Below, one piece after another: positions 8,965 through 17,631 of a stretch of 32,000 nucleotides of DNA. The position numbers were made by a program, and so were the translations under genes. Within the stretch, counting starts at the first letter, position 1, and every line of letters starts with the position of its first letter. Below the pieces are notes generated by a model. It saw only the letters and a program-made list of their open reading frames with translations. It made no database searches and was not told the origin of the DNA. The DNA lies in contig NC_010546.1 of assembly GCF_000017845.1 (NCBI RefSeq), forward strand, positions 1,410,001 through 1,442,000. The letters run 5' to 3'. This DNA comes from Crocosphaera subtropica ATCC 51142 (GTDB lineage: Bacteria > Cyanobacteriota > Cyanobacteriia > Cyanobacteriales > Microcystaceae).

Positions 8965-9337
8965 CAATTCCTAGAATTTCTTTGGACTTTCGTAAGACCT
9001 CTTTAGGACGAAATGGTTTTGTAATATAGAGATCCGCTCCAGCTTCCATTCCGCTTTCTTCATCAAAACTTTGTCCCCTAGCCGTTAGAAGAATAACATA
9101 AACATGGGAAAGACGATGATCTTTTTTGACTGTTTCACAGACTTCTAGTCCACTAATATGGGGCATCATTACATCTAAAAAGACAAGATCAGGCTGTTCT
9201 TGCTTAATAATTTCTAATGCTTGTTCTCCGTCTTTAGCTGTTAATAGTAATACGCCCGCATCTTCTAAATCTTCTAAAATTTGTTCCATTAAAATGATAA
9301 TATTGGGTTCATCATCAACAATTAAAATTTTTTTCAT
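8954..9337 (-). CDS. Single-domain response regulator (CheY-like receiver)
   Basis: 127 aa. MKKILIVDDEP, phospho-acceptor context DLVFLDVMMP, LLTA, and KPF at the C-terminal end. No output domain. Confidence 0.95.
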   Translation of the reverse strand: MKKILIVDDEPNIIILMEQILEDLEDAGVLLLTAKDGEQALEIIKQEQPDLVFLDVMMPHISGLEVCETVKKDHRLSHVYVILLTARGQSFDEESGMEAGADLYITKPFRPKEVLRKSKEILGIDEV

Positions 9338-9643
9338 TCTTAGTGTTTCAAGTCAATTTTCTCTTAAGGTTTAAAGATAAAAAATCAAATTACTTAAGGT
9401 ATTATTCCTTTAGAAAAAAACATAGCAAAGATAGACATCAAATAGTTAAATACTATTTAATATCAACTAAATATTATTAAGTTGTAAAGATTGTTTTCCT
9501 CAATTGATAAATATTTGCATTATTGGTTAAATAGTGCTTTAATCAATTAAAGGATAGTTATGTTTTTTCTGAATTACCGTAAAGTTACTATACGGCCAAC
9601 TTCTATCTTAACATTAAAAAATAGTTATGATCCGTTTAATCGT

Positions 9644-12600
9644 TTAATTATCTTTTGCTAAGGGAAGACTCACAAAAAATGTGCTTCCTTTTTGTCGTTC
9701 GCTGGTAAACCAAATTTTCCCTCCATGTTGTTCGATAATTTGTTTAGAAATGGATAAACCTAATCCAGTTCCTTTGGGTTTGTTAGTTAAAATATTGCCC
9801 ACCTGTTGAAATGGCTCAAATACCTTACTATAATCATTTTCTGCAATTCCTATGCCTGTGTCGGTAATAGAAATCAATAAATTATCGTGATCTACCTCTC
9901 CATGACAGGTAACCGATCCTGTTTCTGTAAATTTAAACCCGTTAGAAATCAAATTAACAAACACTTGAATTAAGCGATCTTCATCCCCTAGAATCGTCGG
10001 TAACTCTTCAGGAAAATCTTCGATTAACTCTACAGAAGAATCTTCAAATAAAGGAGCAGTCGAAGCGATCGCCCAAGTCAACACTGTACTGGGTTTAACT
10101 GGGAATAAACTCAGGGTGATTTTCCCTGATTCTATTTTCGTCATGTCCAAAAAGTCGTTCACTAATTTGGTTAATCTTTCTGCTTCAAACACCACAATAT
10201 CTAAATTCTGTTTAATCCGTTCTACGGCTTTATCAACTTTCTTATCCTTCTCTTGTATTTGGGGAAAAACCACGGCATGGAGTTTATCTCGAATTAAAGA
10301 AGAAAAACCCACAATAGAAGTCAAAGGCGTTCTTAATTCATGGGAAACCATGGATAAAAAGTTCCGTTTCATCCGTTCCATTTCCCGTTCTTTGGTAATA
10401 TCTCGAATTAAAATAACAACTCCGAGATATTCTTCTCCCGATTCTACTTGTTCCTTAATAATATTACTGGCTAATGCTTGACCAATGCGATTATTCGATA
10501 GAGGAATTTCAACAGCCACCACTTTCTTTTGATCTAATTTTTTGCGTTCCAATAAAGGAGATAACTCTTCAGGAAAGATATCTAACAGTTGCTTTCCCAA
10601 TAAAGGAAGGGTCACATTAAACATCGAAACTAAACTAGGGTTGTAGCGTGTAATTCTTCCGTAGATATCGGCCACCAATAACCCATCTCCCAAATTATCA
10701 ACGATCGCATTAAGATCCGCTAACGTCGTCTGTAATGTCTCTGACTGTTCCTGTGTTTGCCTCAATAACTCACTTTGATGAACCGCAACCCCCAACTGGT
10801 TTCCTACCTGTTTAAGCAAGTCAATTTCTCGTTTATACCAATAGCGAGGCTTTTGATTATCATAAGCTCCTAAAATTCCCCAAAGTTTCTCCCCCACAAA
10901 GACAGGAACCGTAAGCAAAGCCTTAACTTGGAATTGCTGTAAAAGTTCTCGATGACAAGGGGTTAACTGGGCCGTATCAATATCACTCACCCAAAAAACT
11001 TCCTGGTTACGGTATCGTCCCCCTTGGGTTTCTTGGAGATAGGTATCTTCCCAAATGGGAGGTTCTGCTGTATCTCCTCTCAGGGGTTTCCACCCTGGTG
11101 CGAGGGACTCGTATAAAAATTCCCCTCCCCAATTTTCCCAAAAACGATACACTACCACACGATCGCAGTTTAATATGTGTCTAACTTCTTCGGTGGTTGA
11201 GGCAAAAATAGAATCTAATTTTAAACTTTGGCGAATTCGTTCAATTACCCGTGCTAAGGCTTTTTCTTGACCTGCTACCTCAGCTAAATGTTGCTTTTGA
11301 ACTTGAACTTGTTTTAACGTTTTTTCGAGAATCTTAGCACGTTGCTGACTTTCTTGGAGTAAGGCTGCTTGTTGAATAGCCACACTGAGATGGGTCGCTA
11401 TTTTGGTAATAAAGCCTTTTTCTAAGGGTTTCCATTGGCGAGGAGAGGAACATTGATGAACACAAATTAACCCCCAAAGTTCTTCTCCTATCAACAAGGG
11501 AGCGACCATATTAGCTTGAACTCCGAACCGCTCTAAAATTTGACGATGACAGTCAAGTAAGTCAGCTTGGCTCAGATCATTAATGGTAAAAACGTGACCC
11601 TGTTGATAATAGGGTCCTTTATATTTAGCAAAACAGTGATCCTCCACTTGTTCTTGTAGGGCCGAGGGATAACCAGAGGTAACATCTTCTGAAACCAATT
11701 CTGCTAGAGCAAATTGTGAGTCGGGGTCAAACTTAAAAATAGCCACTCGATCCGCATTCAGAAGATGACGAACTTCTGTAACTGCTGTTTGAAAAATAGT
11801 TTCTAAATCTAAAGTACGACGGATTTTATCGATCACTTCCGATAAAGCTCGCTCTTGCTGAACCATCATCGCCTGTTCTTGTCCATACTCTTGAATGCGT
11901 CGAACATGAAAGCTTTGTTGTAAAGCGACACTAATATGATGAGCCACTCGTTTTAAGAGGTGAATTTCGTCATGTTGCCACTGTCTGGGATGAGTATGTT
12001 CAAACCCTGCCAATAGTCCCCATAATTGAGGTCCTTGGAACAGAGGTACAATGGCTAAGGCTCTCACCCCAAAACTTTCTAAAATTCGTAAGTGACAGTC
12101 AGAGAAACGATAATCTTCCTGAATATCGTCAATAATACAGGGTTCATTCTCTCTAAATCTTCCTCCTTGGGTTTGTTGTAAATAATCATCATTCCAGGTT
12201 ACTCCAGCAAAAGAAGCAAACTTCCCAGGATCAGACTCAAAAATAAACTGTCCCCCATAACTGGGATCGAACCGATAAATTGTAATATGTTCAACCCCTA
12301 GCAGTTTCTGCATTTCCGTAGCGGCCGTTTGAAAAATGGTATTTAAGTCGAGGGTTTGACGAATTTTATCAATCACTAGCCCCAGCGATCGCTCTTTTTG
12401 GTTGATTTTGATTAAGGTATCTGCTTGTTCTTTTAAAGCGGTTTCTAAGGCAGTTTGTAGTTGTTGTTCATGTTGTTGGGTTTTGGCCAAAAGATCCCCT
12501 TGTTGCAAGGCAATGCCTAAATTGACCCCAACTTGTACCATAAAGTTGATTTCTGTGGTTTCCCAACAACGGGGACCATCATTGTGATAGGCGGCAAAAA

Positions 12601-13597
12601 GTCCCCACAGGGATTTATTTTTATAAATAGCGACAATAATATAAGCTTTAGCTTGATATCTTTCTAGAAGTTGTAAATAACAGTGAGAAAACTCAGCTTG
12701 ATAAATATCATTACACACCCGAAACAAGTCTTGGGGGTTAAAAATAGCTGCTTGGGTTTCTTGTAAGTAGGTGTCGCTTAATCCTAAGTTGTTTAAAAAG
12801 TGAATGGTACAGTCTTTAATATCCTTAGCATTATCAACATCTTTTGGTTGTGTCTGTACCAGCGATCGCCAACCTTCAGCCACCGACTCAGCAATAAATT
12901 TTCCACTATAATCTGCATTGAAACGATAAACAGCCACACGATGGCATTTCAGGAGTTTTCGACTTTCCTCTGTCGCTGTGGTTAAAATCGTCTTGATGTT
13001 GAGAGAGCGACGAATTTTATCAATAATGTTAGCGATCGTGGTTTGCCGTTCTATGGCGGTTTCAACTGCTTGATTGAGAATTTGCTCCTGCTGTTGTTGT
13101 TCTTGGTACATTTGATAGTGTTCCACTGCAATACTAAGATGAAAGGCAACTTGCTGCACCCAGTGGGTTTCCTCTGGTTTCCAATGACGGGGGTGTGAAC
13201 CGTGATGAATGATTAAAAGTCCCCAATCTTTCTGTTTCGAGGTAATGGGAACCATGAGTTGCGTGATTTCTTTTCCTATTTCTATACCATCATTCGTAGC
13301 TTCTGTTAAAATCAGACTGGATTGTTGCTCAGCGTGAATAGAAACTCTATATTTATTTTCAGTCTCTTCTAAAAAGTCTAATGGATGATCTTGTACATCC
13401 ACCGATCTTTTGCTACTTGTCCACCATTGACCCCCAAACTCATAAACAAATACCCCATCTACGTCTAGTATGGCACTGAGTTCAGTGGTAATTACTCGGC
13501 AGATTTGATCGATTTCTACGATTGCATGAATTTTTCTAATAATTTCTATTAGACTTTCTTGTTGAGGAATAAGTGGGTCATGGGACTCGGTTGACAT
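9644..13597 (-). CDS. Multi-GAF / PAS sensor histidine kinase, probable cyanobacteriochrome-type photoreceptor
   Basis: 1317 aa. Five GAF-like modules at about aa 20-160, 185-365, 405-560, 585-745 and 780-940. Four of them are preceded by a paralogous ID(K/R)IR..L.L..IF linker. Then a PAS domain (about 960-1070), the HisKA H-box SHELRTPL (His1086), N-box NLISNGFKFT, G1 DTGIGI and G2 GTGLGLS. GAF3, 4 and 5 carry the bilin-binding-type motif CH..(I/L)L..F.V.A: C501, C683 and C881. GAF4 also has DHCF (C655, codon 11633-11635). Confidence 0.9.
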   Translation of the reverse strand: MSTESHDPLIPQQESLIEIIRKIHAIVEIDQICRVITTELSAILDVDGVFVYEFGGQWWTSSKRSVDVQDHPLDFLEETENKYRVSIHAEQQSSLILTEATNDGIEIGKEITQLMVPITSKQKDWGLLIIHHGSHPRHWKPEETHWVQQVAFHLSIAVEHYQMYQEQQQQEQILNQAVETAIERQTTIANIIDKIRRSLNIKTILTTATEESRKLLKCHRVAVYRFNADYSGKFIAESVAEGWRSLVQTQPKDVDNAKDIKDCTIHFLNNLGLSDTYLQETQAAIFNPQDLFRVCNDIYQAEFSHCYLQLLERYQAKAYIIVAIYKNKSLWGLFAAYHNDGPRCWETTEINFMVQVGVNLGIALQQGDLLAKTQQHEQQLQTALETALKEQADTLIKINQKERSLGLVIDKIRQTLDLNTIFQTAATEMQKLLGVEHITIYRFDPSYGGQFIFESDPGKFASFAGVTWNDDYLQQTQGGRFRENEPCIIDDIQEDYRFSDCHLRILESFGVRALAIVPLFQGPQLWGLLAGFEHTHPRQWQHDEIHLLKRVAHHISVALQQSFHVRRIQEYGQEQAMMVQQERALSEVIDKIRRTLDLETIFQTAVTEVRHLLNADRVAIFKFDPDSQFALAELVSEDVTSGYPSALQEQVEDHCFAKYKGPYYQQGHVFTINDLSQADLLDCHRQILERFGVQANMVAPLLIGEELWGLICVHQCSSPRQWKPLEKGFITKIATHLSVAIQQAALLQESQQRAKILEKTLKQVQVQKQHLAEVAGQEKALARVIERIRQSLKLDSIFASTTEEVRHILNCDRVVVYRFWENWGGEFLYESLAPGWKPLRGDTAEPPIWEDTYLQETQGGRYRNQEVFWVSDIDTAQLTPCHRELLQQFQVKALLTVPVFVGEKLWGILGAYDNQKPRYWYKREIDLLKQVGNQLGVAVHQSELLRQTQEQSETLQTTLADLNAIVDNLGDGLLVADIYGRITRYNPSLVSMFNVTLPLLGKQLLDIFPEELSPLLERKKLDQKKVVAVEIPLSNNRIGQALASNIIKEQVESGEEYLGVVILIRDITKEREMERMKRNFLSMVSHELRTPLTSIVGFSSLIRDKLHAVVFPQIQEKDKKVDKAVERIKQNLDIVVFEAERLTKLVNDFLDMTKIESGKITLSLFPVKPSTVLTWAIASTAPLFEDSSVELIEDFPEELPTILGDEDRLIQVFVNLISNGFKFTETGSVTCHGEVDHDNLLISITDTGIGIAENDYSKVFEPFQQVGNILTNKPKGTGLGLSISKQIIEQHGGKIWFTSERQKGSTFFVSLPLAKDN

Positions 13598-13688
13598 GGA
13601 AAAACCCTATTAGGGGGAAATACAATCCTAATTATAGTTTAACCTCAATACTTAATTCATGATAATTGAATTATTTATTTATATAACA

Positions 13689-13827
13689 AACAACACCCAA
13701 GTCCTACTCTGCGGTTCTATTCCTCTCTTAATTGATACTATCTGAAGAGACCGATTAAGCTTACTTATTGGTCTTACTTCCTATTTACCCATTTGAGGAA
13801 TTATCCGTTTTCGGATTGGGTGTTGTT
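13689..13827. repeat. Long-range inverted repeat (12 perfect bp plus 3 bp after a 1-nt bulge) enclosing about 108 nt with an internal hairpin
   Basis: aacaacacccaa(g)tcc at 13689-13704 pairs with ggattgggtgttgtt at 13813-27. An inner hairpin agaccgat/attggtct (13748-55 / 13767-74) has one G-U pair and an 11-nt loop. Confidence 0.6.
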
Positions 13828-13981
13828 GTCGGATACGAGACAGATGTTAGTTTAAACAGCGTTGACTTACCTCTTGGTTTTACTTTTTACTTTCACTGGG
13901 CTGTTTGATCTGCCAGGGAAGCTTTACTTGCTTCAATTATTAATATATCAACTTTTGTTCCTGTTTGACTTAATTCGTAAC

Positions 13982-14013
13982 AAAGCTTCATATTTTACGA
14001 ATTACTGTTTACT
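13982..14013. repeat. Perfect 9-bp hairpin (aattcgtaa / ttacgaatt) with a 14-nt loop, in an intergenic region
   Basis: Read directly from the sequence. The function and the transcribed strand are unknown. Confidence 0.6.
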
Positions 14014-14056
14014 TTGGAGGATAACGGTTTAGGGATCGTTTTAGAGATGATTAGAT

Positions 14057-14084
14057 GAGGAAAAATGAGATGAGCTTTTTCCTC
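14057..14084 (-). terminator. Candidate terminator hairpin for the 14102-15022 gene
   Basis: Perfect 9-bp stem gaggaaaaa / tttttcctc with a 10-nt loop, beginning 18 nt downstream of the stop codon. There is no classical trailing U-run, since the U-run lies inside the 3' arm, so the call is weak. Confidence 0.35.
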
Positions 14085-14101
14085 ACCCCATCACTATCGT
14101 C

Positions 14102-15022
14102 TCATCTGTAACGCTTATCAGGATCAACAGGAATAAACACCTTAGATTTTCGCAGATATTTCCAGGCGATACCATCAGGGTCTTTACTTTGACTCCATTC
14201 AGCAAAACTGGCATCTCTTTTACGACGACCAATGGTACTAGGGGTTGTATCAAGTCGTTTGGCTAAATCGGATTGAATAAGGGTAAATTGCTCTTTTTTC
14301 TCGGTATCAGCAGGGGTATCTTGCTTTTGACTGTCAGTGTCCGTTACTGATGGAGTTTTGTCAGTGGGAGGGGTAGGGGTTGATGGGGTCGGTGAGGGGG
14401 AAGAAGCAGAAGATTCCTGAGTGGGTTGATTTTGTTGTTCTCGTTCTTCTTTGATGGCAGCTAATTGAGCAAAAGGACTGGATAAAGATGAATTAGAGGC
14501 CGAGGAAGCAACCTCAGAAGGGGAGGAAGATTCAATTTGATTGCTTTGAGAAATATCAATATCGTCCTCATCCTCATCGTCACCATCGAAGATTTCAGGT
14601 TCTTCAGGTTCTTCTGTCATCGGTTCACTATCGTCTAGGATACTGCCCAATGTGCTGGCTGTAATGAAATAATATACCTTTCCCTGTTCTGGTAACTCCC
14701 TAGACGTTGCACTAAATTCTTCAGCTTTTCTGGCCAAAAAACGTTTCGCACTCCCTGCACTTAAATTAGCTTTGAGGGATAAATCCATCGCAGTGATTTG
14801 TCCCTGATTTTCCTTGAGTAATTGATTAAAAATCGGGTTAATCTTTGCACTCCACTGTTGCCATTGATAATTGTCCACCAGTTTCCAGACAATAATTAAA
14901 GCAACAAATCCTAATACCCACATCCAAGCTTTGTAAAGAAGGACGATCACCGCAGCAAGGGGAAGGATTAGAATCAAAAAGGCGGCCGGGGTTGGATTAC
15001 CATCGAATACTTTTCCAGTCAT
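14102..15022 (-). CDS. Hypothetical membrane-anchored protein with acidic and Ser/Pro/Thr-rich low-complexity linkers and an HTH-like C-terminal segment
   Basis: 306 aa. Two N-terminal hydrophobic helices. Acidic run EEPEEPEIFDGDDEDEDDIDIS. The tract SSASSPSPTPSTPTPPTDKTPS. C-terminal LIQSDLAKRLDTTPSTIGRRKRD resembles a helix-turn-helix. Confidence 0.6.
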   Translation of the reverse strand: MTGKVFDGNPTPAAFLILILPLAAVIVLLYKAWMWVLGFVALIIVWKLVDNYQWQQWSAKINPIFNQLLKENQGQITAMDLSLKANLSAGSAKRFLARKAEEFSATSRELPEQGKVYYFITASTLGSILDDSEPMTEEPEEPEIFDGDDEDEDDIDISQSNQIESSSPSEVASSASNSSLSSPFAQLAAIKEEREQQNQPTQESSASSPSPTPSTPTPPTDKTPSVTDTDSQKQDTPADTEKKEQFTLIQSDLAKRLDTTPSTIGRRKRDASFAEWSQSKDPDGIAWKYLRKSKVFIPVDPDKRYR

Positions 15023-15143
15023 AATTTCTGGTGTTCTCTAGAAGTAATTGGCAAAACTGATGTTATTATGCACTACTGTTTCACCATTTATAAATATCTA
15101 AATGTCAAAGAACTCTATATTATCAGGATTTGGTGTTTTTATC

Positions 15144-15347
15144 CTAGAAACGACGGGTTACAGAAATACCATAAAAAATCCCCAAGAAAATCGAGATGGT
15201 CATTAAAAGTAAGATAACGCTTCCTGGAATAAAACCTAAAATACCTAAACCCCTTAAAATATAGGTCGTTAGGGTGATTAGCACAGATATTATCAAAGCT
15301 AAGGTAATAGGGGACAGTTTGGACGAAGTTGATTTATTCATTAGCAT
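15144..15347 (-). CDS. Small two-helix membrane protein (hypothetical)
   Basis: 67 aa with an ATG start and two clear hydrophobic helices (ITLALIISVLITLTTYIL; VILLLMTISIFLGIFYGI). The end is basic (TRRF). No family was recognised. Confidence 0.5.
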   Translation of the reverse strand: MLMNKSTSSKLSPITLALIISVLITLTTYILRGLGILGFIPGSVILLLMTISIFLGIFYGISVTRRF

Positions 15348-15674
15348 TTAGAATTTAGCCTCACAGGGGAGATAGTTGGGGAGATCATTGACAATGATAA
15401 GTAATATTAATTTTCAAAACTCCCGAAATTGCTCTCCAATAAAATTTAATCATAAATTCTGTTGTACCTGTGTTTTGGAGGTTAAAGAAAAGGTTTGGGT
15501 GAGATTGCTGAGAAAGGAAGAACCTTCCCTGAGGACTGCTTGACCGTTGAGGATGGTGGTAGGGGTTGGAAATGTTGAAGTTTCCATTAGCGATCGCCGA
15601 TTTTGTCGGTTGGGTAAAGGAACGAAACCCAACTCATAGCCTCTTGGTTATTGTTGATTGATACAGTTAAAAAA

Positions 15675-15747
15675 TCCAGGGTGCAGGAGTTGAACCTGCC
15701 TAGCACGAATTATGAGTTCGTTGCCTAAACCGCTCGGCCAACCCTGG
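15675..15747 (-). tRNA. tRNA with CAU anticodon: elongator tRNA-Met or lysidine-modified tRNA-Ile2
   Basis: The reverse complement folds as a 73-nt cloverleaf. Acceptor CCAGGGT/ACCCTGG, D-arm with GG, anticodon stem ACGAA/TTCGT with loop CTCATAA, 5-nt variable loop, T-arm GCAGG-TTCAACT-CCTGC, discriminator A. No CCA is encoded. A T5 run follows the 3' end. It is not an initiator: position 1-72 is paired and the anticodon stem has no GGG/CCC. Confidence 0.88.
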
Positions 15748-15798
15748 AAATAAGGCTAAATAATTTTAGCCCTTGTCAATTATAGCGTTTCTAGAAGT

Positions 15799-17586
15799 CT
15801 ATTGACTAATAAATTTGCTCATAACTTCAGCATTATCACTCCAAACTGCAGCAATATTGATGGTTCCATTCAAGAAGTTTTGACGACAAGCGCGACGCTG
15901 AATTTTTCCACTGGCGGTTTTTAACACGGTTCCAGATTTAGCTAAAACGATCGCATAGGTTTGTATTTCGTGTTCTTCGGCAATTTCTTGACGAATATCT
16001 CCGAGTAATTGCTCAAAGTTTAAGTCTCCACTTCTTCTTTCTAACTCCTGAACAATCACTAATTGTTCTTCCCCCTCTACTTCAACGGAAAAAGCAGCCC
16101 CATAGTCAGATCGAAAAACAGGGTTAAGATGTTGTACACTCCACTCAATATCTTGGGGATAATGATTGGTTCCTCGGATAATAATTAAATCTTTCATCCG
16201 TCCCGTAATATAGAGTTCTCCGTGTTTTAAAAACCCTAAATCCCCTGTTCTTAAAAACGGGCCTTCTTGAGTATCTTTAATATAGGCTTGAAACGTCTCT
16301 TCTGTGGCCTCTTTTCGTTGCCAGTAACCCTGGGCTACACTAGGATCAGATACCCAGATTTCTCCCACTTCATCCTTGGCGCAACGGGTTAAGGTATCAG
16401 GGTTGACGATCGCAACTTTGGTTTCACACACCAACTGGCCACAACTGGCCATAACACGAGTACCTTTTTCCTGTTGAGGATCAGCATCTACGATTTTATC
16501 CTGTTCTAAGGCCGACGCATCTAAACAAGCAAAGACGGGATGGGTTCCTTTGGGTTTACTCGATACCAGTAACGTATATTCTGCTAACCCATAAGCCGGG
16601 GCGAAGGTTTCCCAGCGAAACCCGCAAGGGGCAAAGGTTTCAACAAAGTTCATCATCACTTTGGGGTTAATGGGTTCGGCCGCATTTCCAGCTGCTTCCC
16701 AACTACTTAAGTCTAGTTGTGCCATATCTTTGCTTCTTAAGCGACGTAAACAGAGATCATAGGCAAAGTTAGGGCCTTGGGAATGGGTGACTTTATACTT
16801 AGTGATGTTTTTTAACCATTGAATAGGACGTTTAATAAAAGAAAAAGGAGACATTAAATAACAAGGGGTTCCGTTGTACAAAGGAACGGTTATCCCTTCC
16901 ACTAACCCATAATCATGAAAATAGGGCATCCAAGTATGGGTAATGCTGTTTTCATCGTAGCCACAGGCCCGTTTTAAATAACTGGCATGGTGCATTAAAT
17001 TGAAGTGAGATAACATCACCCCTTTTGGCGTTGAAGTTGAGCCAGAGGTATATTGTAAATAAGCTAATTCGTCTTTATCCACCTGGGGATCTTTCCATCC
17101 TTCAGCCAACGATAAATCTACCGTAGCCGTGTCGATCCACTTCATTTGCTCAAATTCGGGAAATTCTTCTTTTACCCCTTCTACCAGGTCTAAAATAGCC
17201 TCTGTGGTTAACGCAAAGGTGGCATTAGCATCCTGTACAATAGACCGCAGACGGGGTAAGGTTCGTTTTAGTCTTCCGGACTCCGGTGGGGGAACGGGAA
17301 TGGCAATGACACCAGCATATAAACACCCACAAAAGGCTGCGATCACTTCTAACCCTTGGGGGTATAAGAGTAATGCCCTTTCTCCTCTAGCCTGATATTT
17401 TTGTAGTAAGGTGGCGATCGCTTTAGCCTGTCGATCTAATTCTCCGTAGGTTAAGGGTGGGGTTTCTTTTTTTCCGTCTATTAAGAAAGTATAGGCATGG
17501 CCGTTGGGAGTTTGATCAGCCCTCAAACGCAATAATTCTATTAAGGTAGTGGGAGTGGTTAAAGATTTTTCTAAGCTTTGAGTCAT
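15799..17586 (-). CDS. Fatty acyl-AMP ligase (FAAL, FadD32-like adenylating enzyme)
   Basis: 595 aa. YLQYTSGSTSTPKGVMLSH (A3 core), WMPYFHDYGLVEG, SPFSFIKRPIQWL, SQGPNFAYDLC, GNAAEPI, YGLAEYTL, TGDLGF, and a C-terminal SGKIQR. This combination is characteristic of FAALs rather than acyl-CoA synthetases. Confidence 0.85.
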   Translation of the reverse strand: MTQSLEKSLTTPTTLIELLRLRADQTPNGHAYTFLIDGKKETPPLTYGELDRQAKAIATLLQKYQARGERALLLYPQGLEVIAAFCGCLYAGVIAIPVPPPESGRLKRTLPRLRSIVQDANATFALTTEAILDLVEGVKEEFPEFEQMKWIDTATVDLSLAEGWKDPQVDKDELAYLQYTSGSTSTPKGVMLSHFNLMHHASYLKRACGYDENSITHTWMPYFHDYGLVEGITVPLYNGTPCYLMSPFSFIKRPIQWLKNITKYKVTHSQGPNFAYDLCLRRLRSKDMAQLDLSSWEAAGNAAEPINPKVMMNFVETFAPCGFRWETFAPAYGLAEYTLLVSSKPKGTHPVFACLDASALEQDKIVDADPQQEKGTRVMASCGQLVCETKVAIVNPDTLTRCAKDEVGEIWVSDPSVAQGYWQRKEATEETFQAYIKDTQEGPFLRTGDLGFLKHGELYITGRMKDLIIIRGTNHYPQDIEWSVQHLNPVFRSDYGAAFSVEVEGEEQLVIVQELERRSGDLNFEQLLGDIRQEIAEEHEIQTYAIVLAKSGTVLKTASGKIQRRACRQNFLNGTINIAAVWSDNAEVMSKFISQ

Positions 17587-17603
17587 GGTTATCTTTTAAA
17601 GAA

Positions 17604-17631
17604 GGAGTCAGGAGTCAGGAGTCAGGAGTCA
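17604..17631. repeat. STRR-like heptamer array GGAGTCA x4
   Basis: ggagtca ggagtca ggagtca ggagtca, starting 18 nt upstream of the FAAL start codon. It therefore falls in the FAAL 5' leader as TGACTCC x4. Confidence 0.95.

Noticed and set aside
9126-9374. 82-aa ORF on the plus strand
   Set aside because: It is antisense to the well-supported receiver gene. Its Ser/Ile-rich translation is typical of a reverse-frame artefact.
10116-12985. Four plus-strand ORFs (10116-10481, 11055-11270, 12402-12587, 12800-12985)
   Set aside because: All are embedded antisense in the 1317-aa histidine kinase. Their Cys/Ser-rich compositions are odd and no domain signatures are present.
15450-15632. 60-aa ORF between the small membrane protein gene and the tRNA
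   Set aside because: It has no recognisable motif, no hydrophobic or structured pattern and no convincing ribosome-binding context. It sits at the minimum track length and contains a HIP1 site, so I treat it as non-coding, with low certainty.
15675-15747. Initiator tRNA-fMet assignment for the CAU tRNA
   Set aside because: Positions 1 and 72 are Watson-Crick paired (C-G), and the anticodon stem lacks the three consecutive G-C pairs typical of bacterial initiators. I therefore call it elongator Met or Ile2.
17129-17395. 88-aa plus-strand ORF
   Set aside because: It is antisense within the FAAL gene and has no motifs.
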